DNA from: Eledone cirrhosa
Lineage: Eukaryota
Assembly (NCBI GenBank): GCA_964016885.1
Contig: OZ024740.1
Location: 178,498,001-178,562,000, forward strand
DNA: 64,000 bases
Direction: 5' to 3'
The translations under genes and the position numbers were made by a program. Numbering within the stretch: the first letter of the stretch is position 1; each line of letters begins with the position of its first letter. The notes beneath the pieces were generated by a model. It was not told the DNA's origin. It did not search any database and worked only from the letters and a program-made list of their open reading frames with translations. This document shows positions 1 through 10,041 of this stretch, piece after piece.

Positions 1-47
1 TATATATATATATACATATATATATACATATATATATACATATATAC

Positions 48-128
<81 letters not shown>

Positions 129-131
<3 letters not shown>

Positions 132-2575
132 CGTTTCTGAATTTGTTTAGCAAGATTCTTTATCTGAAATCGTGTGTTGAAACCGATATTGTTATACTTT
201 GGGAGGGTCATGTTGCCAATAAGAAACACACGCACCAGTTGCTTTCACTTCAATTTAATTTAATATATATTTATAAATTTACAAATTTATAAATTTCTGG
301 TTGGTTGGTTGGTTCCACAACCAGATAGTTGTTTATATATATATAGTCATAGTTCTTTCGTCACACACTCTGTGACCTCTTCAGTGACTGGGGATTTCTT
401 TCTTCGTTTCTGTGCCTTTCCTTTCTTCTATCCTACGCCAATTTGTTTGTGTGTGGGTTGCGTGCTCAGTTTGCGCATGCGCCACATCCGGGTGTCTGTG
501 TGTGTTTGTGTTCATTTTTCTATTTTTCTATTTATATTTGTTTGTTTATTTATTTATTTATTGTTGGTTGGTTGTTTGTTCTATGTGTGTGTGTGTTTTC
601 ATTTTGTCTTGTGTGTGTTTTCATTTTGTGTGTGTTTTCAATTGTAAGTTGTTTGTTCTATGTGTGTGTGTGTTTTCATTTTGTCCTTAATTGTAAGTTG
701 TGATGTTGCTGTTCCACTCATATTTTCTATTTAATTTTGGTTTTAATTCTTTTATGCTTACTGCCTCTGTAATTTGCCTAAACATTGCGTCTTTCTTGTG
801 TGTGGATTCTATTTTTATTTCTATGCTCTCTAATTTACCCCTGTGTTCTATCTTAGCATGTTGGTAGAGCACAGATGATTCTTTACTATCTTGGAGGTCT
901 CGCCAGTGTTCATTTATTCGTTCCCCTATACTACGAGCTGTCTCACCTATGTACACTATATTTTTGTTTCTACATTGTCCTTCAGTACATCTTATGCTAT
1001 ATACTACATTTCTAGTTTTACAGTTAATATGGGGGCTTATTTTACAGGTTATACATTTCTTATCTATACATGAGGGTCTTTGGAACGGGTATGTCTTGCT
1101 AATAAGTGTTTTTACGGAGGTACCAGGTCTTTCTACTATCTTAATATTGAGATTATGTTTCTTTAGGGCCCTTCTAAATTTGTAGGCTAGTTCGCCTCTA
1201 GGGGTTGTATTGATGAACATTACACTCTGGTATTTATTGCTATCATACCATGAGTTTATTCTATTGGCCTTGTTCTTAGTTCTTTCTATTCTATTCCAAA
1301 ATTTGCTCCTATACAAGGGGCAGGTCCCATTTATGTCATTATTTACCATTTTTTCCCATTTGGTTCTGGCTCCTTTATACACTCTGATTCTATCTCTCTG
1401 ATTGTAGCCAGAGAACTGCATACGGTGGATGAAGTGTTGTATGTGTCTCTCTAGTTCTTCGGGGTTGCACATGCGGGACACATTTCTCATCACCCGTACC
1501 AAATTCGCAATCAGTATGTTGATTTTGGTATGGTCCGAAATGGCCGAGTTTCGGTGGATCAGATGTTTGGAAGTCATGGGTTTGGCATAATGGGAATGGA
1601 GGATTTGTTTTTGGTTGTTAATAGTATCTAACCAGAGCTCTGTGTTTATATCATCAACGTAGCGGTAGTATATTATCAGGGTTAAGGGATCTTCTAATTG
1701 TTCTTTAAGTTTAAGTTTAAGTCTACTGTCCCACCATACCATGAATAAGTTAGCTATGTCGCCTGCAATGCTAACACCAATGGCTGCTCCTTCCTCTTGG
1801 GCATATGTTTTACCATTAAATTTGAACATATGTTCCTTAAGGGTTAATTTTATGCTGGCCCCTACCGCATGTGCAATCATTTTCTTCAGTTCATCGTGGT
1901 TTTCGGGTGTCCGTATGGCTCTGGTCCACCCGTTCCATCTATCTGTGTGGGTTTTCTTGGCCATTGAGGTAATGGTAGGTGGTCTGCCTCTTGCTGGTCT
2001 TGTAGGGCACATGTTGCTAAGGTCATAAGTGTCTAGGTAACTATTACTATGGGTAAGCTTAAGTAGAAGTCCCAGCTCACTGGTATCAATCCCACGGAAC
2101 TCAACCTTGCTCTCGCTGATCATTTCGACGCATTTCTTCACAGCAAAATCCACGTCAATAGATGGATACAGGGACACAACATCCATACTGCCTATTATGC
2201 AGTTTGTTAGGTCCCCAGATCGGTTACCCGCGCCGATTCTGCTGAGGAGGTCCTCCGTGCTGTCACACACATCTGGGGACATCTCAATGATGGGGCGTAT
2301 GATCAGGGAGAGGAAGTAGGACAGTCTGTAGTTACTAGCAATGTTAGCCCTACAGACTGGCCGTGTTGGTGGTCCCGCGACAGGGTCCCAGCCCGTTTTA
2401 TGGTCTTTTCGAAGCCCATACAACGCCGGCACGTCATTGTTCCAGGCCTGGAAGTTGTTGGCAGTCCTTTTGTTGTGCTGCATTATATTTGTCCACATCA
2501 CCATATGGGCATTGAGGGTTTTTTCTCTATCCTCATGCTCCTGTGGTGTTACCTCTCTTGTGTTAGTGATGTTTT
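129..2575 (-). mobile_element. Penelope-like element, family A (Neptune/Nematis-type), 5'-truncated, 3' pLTR ending in (TA)n
   Basis: RT motifs (GSMDVVSLYPSID, QEEGAAIGVSIAG, YVDD), CxxxxCxxC knuckle and GIY-YIG (VVYSIRC...YIGETARSIGERINEH); the 3' tail is near-identical to 44105-44607. Confidence 0.93.
345..389 (-). ncRNA. Minimal type-I hammerhead ribozyme in the PLE-A pLTR
   Basis: Reverse complement reads AGUCA-CUGAAGA-G-GUCACA gagug UGUGAC-GAAAG aa CUA-UGACU. Confidence 0.8.
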
Positions 2576-2579
2576 TCAC
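687..2579 (-). pseudogene. PLE-A RT/GIY-YIG ORF remnant with a 156-bp in-frame deletion after YVDD
   Basis: 630-aa ORF; relative to the 42346-44105 copy it lacks the equivalent of 42993-43148; the N-terminus is a chimeric junction. Confidence 0.88.
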
Positions 2580-2901
2580 TAGACACTTTACATTCTCTGG
2601 AGAATAGAGGAAATGTGTTTCCTTGAAAACTCGTATGACTCTAAAACCCGGTCCGTCTGTGTGGTTACATACAGACTAGCTGACACCCACTGTAAAGTGT
2701 CTAGTGAAAAACTCAGTACATGTACATATGTATACATGTGTGTATTTATATGCATACTAATACTTCCGTATACATATGTAGATGTACACTTTAACTTAAT
2801 TGTTTAAGCGTCAGTCATACAAAAGTGAGTTAGAAGCGAAACGAAATTTAATTTCGTTTCGTTATTTGTTTTTATCGTTTCCGCTGAACCGGTGCGTACA
2901 A

Positions 2902-2922
2902 TGACTCACGTTCTATGCAAAT
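2902..2922 (+). promoter_or_regulatory. TGACTCA + octamer ATGCAAAT cassette
   Basis: TGACTCA at 2902-2908 and ATGCAAAT at 2915-2922; same spacing in the diverged paralog at 17739-17759. Confidence 0.55.
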
Positions 2923-3007
2923 TAGTCTACCCACTACTAATTTTCATAGAAAAAGCATATAACGATATGTGCTTTTACAATTCTCCAGAGAAGTCGGAAG
3001 ATGGGTA

Positions 3008-3052
3008 AATATTGCTGATGAGATGTAATAACATCGAAACTAGTCCAATATT
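3008..3052 (+). ncRNA. Canonical type-I hammerhead ribozyme
   Basis: AAUAUUG-CUGAUGA-GAUGU aaua ACAUC-GAAA CUAG UC-CAAUAUU; palindromic stem III; predicted cleavage after 3045; distal pairing 2980-2991 with 3063-3074. Confidence 0.92.
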
Positions 3053-3622
3053 CCTGTCTGGCTCTCTGGAGAATAGAGGAAATGTGTTTCCTTGAAAACT
3101 CGTATGACTCTAAAACCCGGTCCGTCTGTGTGGTTACATACAGACTAGCTGACACTCACTGTAAAGTGTCTAGTGAAAAACTCAGTACATGTACATATGT
3201 ATACATGTGTGTATTTATATGCATACTAATACTTCCGTATACATATGTAGATGTACACTTTAACTTAATTATTTATACTAATATATGAGTTGTATATAAA
3301 TATAAATATAAAAGGGTAGTATTAAGCACTACCCAATTACCAGTAAGAGAAAAAGCTCAATGTAAATTATCAGATGCATTACAGAGCAGAGATATATTTT
3401 TGCAATTGAATTACCTTGATGAATAACTTTCTATATAATATGCTTAATATTTTCACTTTGTGTTATAACCTCTTCGCAACAGCGCCTAATTCTTTGCTAT
3501 CTGTATAATATAATATCATTTTGTTATTCTTCCTTATGATGTCACTGAAACTATCAATAGTAATGTATCTTAATGAATGTTCTGAGGACTCGGATTGTAA
3601 TTAATTGTTTAAACATTGTGTA

Positions 3623-3669
3623 TGTTCCGATGGTTCCAGACAGTTGTCTGGAAGAAACGATCGTCAGCA
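3623..3669 (+). ncRNA. Hammerhead-like motif with altered core (CCGAUGG), probably a PLE pLTR remnant
   Basis: UGUU-CCGAUGG-UUCCAGACA gu UGUCUGGAA-GAAA CGAUCG UC-AGCA, followed about 50 bp later by (TA)n. Confidence 0.6.
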
Positions 3670-4007
3670 GTTAAATGTATTAAGCAACAATTTGATTGTT
3701 TTATATTTTGTATTTTGTGTGTATATATATATATATATATATAATGAGGCTTGTAAGGGAGTGGGAACCTAAACTATAGCTTATTTTGCTTGTAGGTAAG
3801 TCCAGCACTGATCGATTCACTACTTTGAAAGTGAAAATTGAATTACTGTATATGTCGACGTAGCAGATTATTTTTAATTTGATATAATGTTCACTAAATA
3901 AAGGGATAGCTTTATACTCATGGTATGAAATGTGAGCCTTACAATGTATCATACACTCCTCTGGTAAGTTGATAGTATGAGTGCTACTTGACTGTAGGTT
4001 AAACGCT

Positions 4008-4195
4008 GGATTGGCAGTATCGGTAGAGGGTCAGACGCCATGCTTTGACGCATCAAGTTACGGCCCTTGACATTCTGAGTTCAAATCCTGTCGAGGTTAA
4101 CTTTGCCTTTCATCCTTACGGGCTCAATAAAATAAAGTACCAGTAATACACTGGTATAATTGCTGGCGTTGTACCAAAAGTAGAAACAATTATTT
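4008..4195 (+). mobile_element. tRNA-derived SINE (family with about 15 copies in the window)
   Basis: A-box-like TGGCAGTATCGG, B-box GAGTTCAAATCC, central GCCTTTCATCCTTACGGGGTCGATAAAATAAAGTACCAG (resembles my recollection of the MetaSINE domain), (ATT)n tail. Confidence 0.85.
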
Positions 4196-5341
4196 ATTAT
4201 TGGGATTTGGATATTAGATATTCTAAATACGATAAAAAGTTGACAGGTGGGAGAGACGAATAGGTCTGGCTGAAGAGAGAATGCAATTAGCTAAGTCTTC
4301 TCATGGCTAGAATATATTTTACTATAAGGCTGCTCTATTTGAACTGACCTGGGTCTAACAATAAGAAAAACCATGGAACATTTATATGGCCTATCGGCCT
4401 ACTAGAAATAACAGCCACATCAATCTTCAATCTAAAACTATACACCGCCTGTTGGCTAATGTCGACCTAGATATGCTGTATCTGAAAACGAAAACAAGGA
4501 GTGATCATGCTGAATGTTCCGAAGTGGACTGGCCGTAGTCTAAATAACAACCAAGTCATTCATATTACGGGCACAAAACGTTGTTTTCAGTTATGCTGTA
4601 CCTATTTAAAGGCTAGGTGAACTGCTTTATTAACAATTTCCATATTACTACCACCAAAACACCAATGTACCTGCATTTGATACAATAAGTAAACTTTCTG
4701 AATTAGGATTTGTCGATTTCTAACACTAATCCTCAGTGGAAAGATTTAGAAAAAGAGTGTGTGTCACTAGACAACGTGACAATGTGATATCTCCGGAATG
4801 AAAGGGAAATTAAGACCAATAAAGAAGAATAGCGAGAAAGAATGAGTTATTTGAAAACAGAAATCGAGTGAAACATAAAAGAAAAAGAGAGCGGGAGAAA
4901 GAAAAAGAGAGTTAGCGAGAGTTAGAGAGAAGGGAGATTGGGGGAAATGAATATAGAGAAAGAGAAAATGCGGATAAAACTTTAGGCTCTGATGAAACAG
5001 AACTATTACAGTTTTTCAGTTTCCTATAGTATTAGAAAATTTAACAATGTTTTAGTATAATGTTCGACAAACCTTAACATAAAACCACTTCTAAAAGAAA
5101 TTTCGTTTATTTCGGTTTCAACACTTTTTTTTCTTCAGAGACTTATTTTCATGGTCCCAAATAGTACCATATTTATTTCCTTTCTGTGAAAAAGTACCTA
5201 TTTTTAGTAAAGAAGATTAACTGTCTTCTATTTCTTCCCTTTTAGCCTAAAATAATAAATAACAATTATAATAGTTCGTATTATTAGTCGTGTTACTACT
5301 ACAAATACTACTACAACCACAACAACCATTTCTGCTACTAC

Positions 5342-5400
<59 letters not shown>

Positions 5401-7119
5401 AACATGATTTTTAAAATGGCAGATTGGCTTTAGCCTTTGCCAGAAACCGACATTAAACTTCACGGTTCCTTTATCATAAAAAGATAGTTCAAAGCCAAGC
5501 TAGAAATAACTTCACTGTAGAAATCCATTCCTCAACAAATACAACATACCCTTCTTTTATATTATTGATTAATATCTGTTTGTACTATTGCCGTTTTATT
5601 ATTATTATCATTATTATTATTATTTGTTTTATATTTGTAGAAATAATGGTTTCTGTTATATAGTTTATTTATTACATTACTCTGTAAAATTCAATTTATG
5701 TGTGTTTATACAATGTGGCTTTCGTGTTTTATCTATTTATTCATATATTTTTTTGTTAGTGTAGTTTCTCTAATTATATATTATGTTCTGTTTGCAAGCA
5801 AACTATTTCTGAGGCGTTTGTTTTATAATTTTTCATGTGTATAAAATACCTGATGTTTGTGAATTAAAAAAGGCGAATTTATCCTTTTATTTTTCTGAGA
5901 GTTTATTCTTATATTTTTTTACTGTTTAATTAGCATGAAATTAACTACTTACACTTGTTAAAGTAATGGTTAATATAATTAATTACTTCCTACTTTCTTT
6001 TGTTGTTTCACGAATTCAGTTTATCTAATTTTTTGTTAACTATAATCTAGATTTGATTTTGGTTCTTGGATTTCATGTTAAAATTTCCATTTATGCGTTC
6101 ATGCTAGAAGCCATTTCTGTGCGCTACATTCATTTGTATAAAATTATATTTAATTCGAAATTATCTTTAATTAAAAATTATCTTTAAAAAATGTGATGAG
6201 TTGAAAATCTTTAAAGTCACTGTTATATATCAAAATAAAACAATTTATATCGAACGTCCACTCAGTAATTACTTCGTAAGAACTTTAATGAAATTCAGGT
6301 GTTCAAGTAATTTACTGACGTTGGTGATTTTAGTCCTAGTCAATGATTATCTAGCAGATTTGTCTAAAAACGTGTCAGCTGCAATTATCCCGACCCTATG
6401 TTTTTCATTATATCTAGTATTATATTGTTCAATGTATACTTTTTATCTAAGACGAATTTATTGTAGTAGTGATACTTAGTGAACACAAAAAAAAAGAAAA
6501 AAAAGTCTTATTTCAGAGGTTAACGATTAGGAAGATGTTGTTGCATCGTATCTTGGGAAAATCACATTATTATACATATATCGCAGAAGGAACTCAACTC
6601 AACACTACCGTTTTAATTCTTCGTACAAAGTTATGAAAGATTTACCACTTCATGTTAGCCCAAACTAATGATAAATTTCAAGCCAGTAATATGCTTCTAT
6701 ATGAGCACTCAACTTTTCAAATTTTCCTCAAATGGCGCACTACTGTCTTGAAAATGGATATAGTGAATAATGAAATCTATCTCTTCTATAATTTTGATCT
6801 TTTATCTGTTCCACGAGAGCTAACCAGGATGTCAACAAAAGCAAAAATAACTAAACAAATACAGGATGTAAAGAAACAGTACGTAGTTTATAGGCTTCGT
6901 CTAAATTGGAAAACTTTTGAATTTAGTACATATATGGTGATGAAGGAAGGTAAGCCGCATATATAGCAGGTAGAATGTCGACTATAAAACGGAACCTTGG
7001 GCTACACAAGAGTGGATAGTGTGTTAGTCGGAGGGAACTCCATCCGTACAGGCGCTATCGTACAGCCTGAAATGAAGCCATTTGTATGTATGTATGTATG
7101 TATGTATGTATGTATGTAT

Positions 7120-7820
7120 GTCAGGTCACCAGTTGGTGCTACTGGTAACATGTATCCCAGTACAACCTGTCTCATGGTCGGGTCGTTGGCGACTAAACTG
7201 GCAACCCCACCAAGGTTTCTTGGTGAGGAGGGTGACTTTGGACATCCTGCAGGACTAAAAACAAAACCTGTCAAAGGGCAAAGGAGCTCTTAAGAGTCAA
7301 TGGCCATCCAAAATCACTGGGAGAGATGACCCCTTAGCCTTTGTCAAGGCAGAATTCTAGGAGAAGGAAAACTCTGATATAACACCTGCAACCCTGATGG
7401 TATCCAATGATGTTGACTTGTTCTTCTTTTTGGTACATATCATCTTGTTTAAGAGAGTGGGACTGGCTTTGTGCAGTGCCTTTGCTCACTATAAAAGCTT
7501 CACGGCACAGGCATTGCTTTATATCTGGAGATCTCTCTGCACTTGTCGTCAGATGGTACCATGGGCCCAGCACTATGTGTCAATAATTGTCAAAAGTGTA
7601 GTGTTTGTACCAGAGTTTTCAAATCGCTGGCTGGACTAAAAAGTCACACTCGTTCAGCGCATCCGTAGGGGTTCTCCTACATGGATATAAAGTAGTGGCC
7701 GTACTCGAAAACGAGTTGGCAGCCACCATGTATGTATGTATGTATGTATGTATGTATGTATGTATTATGTATGTATGTATGTATGTATGTATGTATGTAT
7801 GTATGTATGTATGTATGTAT
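7120..7820 (+). mobile_element. Bipartite non-autonomous RTE-derived retroposon with (ATGT)n tail
   Basis: RTE-type 5'UTR motif AGGAGAAGGAAAACTCTGA, terminal C2H2 finger CSVCTRVFKSLAGLKSHTRSAHP*, 3' stem-loop GTGGC..CTCG AAAA CGAG..GCCAC. Confidence 0.7.
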
Positions 7821-8427
7821 GTCGCATATGGTCGGGTCGTCGGCAACTAAATCGGCAACCCCACCAAATTTACTTGGTGAGGAGGGTGATTTTGGACACC
7901 CTTCAGGACAAAAAACAAAACTTGACAAAGGGCGGAATAACTCATAAGAGTCAACGGCCATCCAAAAGTGTGTAAATATGTACATATGTATGTATATGTG
8001 TATATACATGGGTATATGTGTATATATACATGGGGACATAGAAAAGGTCGGGCTGGACACCCGATCGCGCGGTTAAACCAGTGGGAGTGAAGGACCCCTA
8101 GCCTTTGTTAGGGCATTCTTCTAGGAGAAGGCAACTCAGGAAACTGGGATAACTCCGATATAAAAACTGCGGCTCAGTATTTACCGATGATGTTGATCTT
8201 TTCTTCTTTTAGGGTTATAGCTACTGTCGCTCAGAGAATGGGATTGGCTCAGTGCACAATCTTTCCTCACTTTAAAAAATATCTTCACGCACAGGCACTG
8301 CACGATAGAATTAATTAATAATTATTAATAATGGTATAACGTGCAATGGCCATACTCGATAACGAGGGGGCAGCCATCATCATGTATGTATGTATGAATG
8401 TATGTATGTATATATGTATGTATGTAT
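7821..8427 (+). mobile_element. Related diverged non-autonomous RTE-derived retroposon
   Basis: Homologous 5' part and covarying 3' stem-loop ATGGC..CTCG ATAA CGAG..GCCAT, with (ATGT)n tail. Confidence 0.6.
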
Positions 8428-9060
8428 GTCAGGTCACCACTTGGTGCTACTGGTAACATGTATCCCAGTACAACCTGTCTCATGGTCGGGTCGTTGGCGA
8501 CTAAACTGGCAACCCCACCAAGGTTTCTTGGCGAGGAGGGCGACTTTGGACATCCTGCAGGACTAAAAACAAAACCTGTCAAAGGGAAAAGGAGCTCTTA
8601 AGAGTCAATGGCCATCCAAAATCACTGGGAGAGATGACCCCTTAGCCTTTGTCAAGGCAGAATTCTAAGAGAAGGAAAACTCTGATATAACACCTGCAAC
8701 CCTGATGGTATCCAATGATGTTGACTTGTTCTTCTTTTTGGTAAATATCATCTTAGTTAAGAGAGTGGGACTGGCTTTGTGCAGTGCCTTTGCTCACTAT
8801 AAAAGCTTCACGGCACAGGCATTGCTTTATATCTGGAGATCTCTCTGCACTTGTCGTCACATGGTACCAAAGGCAAAGCACTATGTGTCAATAATTGTCA
8901 CAAGTGTAGTGTTTGTACCAGAGTTTTCAAATCGCTGGCTGGACTAAAAAGTCACACTCGTTCAGCGCATCGGTAGGGGTTCTCCTACATGGATATAAAG
9001 TAGTGGCCGTACTCGAAAACGAGTTGGCAGCCACCATGTATGTATGCAAGTATGTATGCA
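8428..9060 (+). mobile_element. Second near-identical copy of the 7120-7727 element
   Basis: About 608-bp direct repeat with few substitutions. Confidence 0.8.
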
Positions 9061-9625
9061 TACGTACGCAGAATAAACATTTGAAGTGTAGACCCCATGT
9101 GTCTAAAATGTTTTTAGTTTCATCCTGGGAACTTCTATAACGACACTGATGCCAAGAGTTATCTTTCCTTGATATTTTCTACAAATCTGGATAGCTATAC
9201 AAATATTCCTCGGGCATAAACCCCGCAGAAGATATTCCAGCGTCGCCTTAACATAATGATATAACAAGGAACACTGTTCCCCAGATAAAAGCTTGCGCTT
9301 TTATGACATACATGCATTCATACAGAGCCAAACACACACACAATTCTCATATAAACATACGAGTATGTATTTATGTGTTTCCCATTCTCTGTCTTTATAT
9401 ATATATACAGTATTTACGTATCGAGAGAGAGAGAAAAAGGGAAGGATAGGTGATACATATAGTTATTTGCCAAGTAGCGTATGCCAAAGGTGCTCGATAC
9501 TAGTGCCGGCAGTATTAAATATTCGTAGTGTTAATATTTAGTGGGCTAGAGAGTTAGCAGAGCGTAAGCACGTGGAAAAGTAAGAAATCGGAGAATAGAC
9601 CGTTAAAACATGTTTATTTAAAACA

Positions 9626-9665
9626 GCACCTACGTACGTTTCGCCCAGTTGGGCTTCTCAAGGGC
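9626..9665 (-). ncRNA. Minimal hammerhead with U3:A8 core variant
   Basis: Reverse complement GCCC-UUGAGAA-GCCC aacu GGGC-GAAA CGUACG UA-GG(U)GC. Confidence 0.75.
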
Positions 9666-10041
9666 ATAAATAACCAAAAGTGTTCCTTAGATTGCTCGAA
9701 AAGAGTTTCTGGGGTTAAATTCACGTCAAGGTTCATTGCTCGCAAAAATAGATTGTTTTGATTTTGCAGCAGGTCAAGTGAGGTAACTCTGGCCGGTGTT
9801 AGGGCAGTCTTTCCTGGACAAATTTGTATCCGTTACAAGATGAGGTTACAACCTTACCATTGTCGATACGCACAGGGTCATGTAACCAACGCTTATTTTG
9901 AGACGTTTGCCTGGGTCGTTTGAGGCTGGGTCTGGTATGAATGGTTAGTTTCCTAGGTGTTCTTTTGCAGCGCCTGCCCGCCGGGGTGTTAAAACCTGTT
10001 GCAGGGAGATCAGGTGCACGGTTTCACTCCTCATCCTTAAC

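Larger units (their letters stand above)
2594..3270 (+). mobile_element. Non-coding partial-tandem (469-bp period, about 1.45-mer) hammerhead element, retrozyme-like
   Basis: 2594-2801 is repeated at 3063-3270; canonical HHR at 3008-3052; no ORF. Confidence 0.8.

Noticed and set aside
4985-5030. Isolated CTGATGA or CTGANGA words (also 32569, 40024, 45928, 55601)
   Set aside because: No stem II plus GAAA plus NUH in the required arrangement
7120-7205. HDV-like ribozyme at the 5' end of the bipartite RTE element
   Set aside because: CCAGT/CTAA-ACTGG resembles P2 and J4/2, but I could not build P1, P3 or L3
9526-9611. Intron explaining the ~85-bp difference between the two Naiad-1 pLTRs
   Set aside because: The missing segment is not bounded by GT..AG on the sense strand; it looks like a simple deletion
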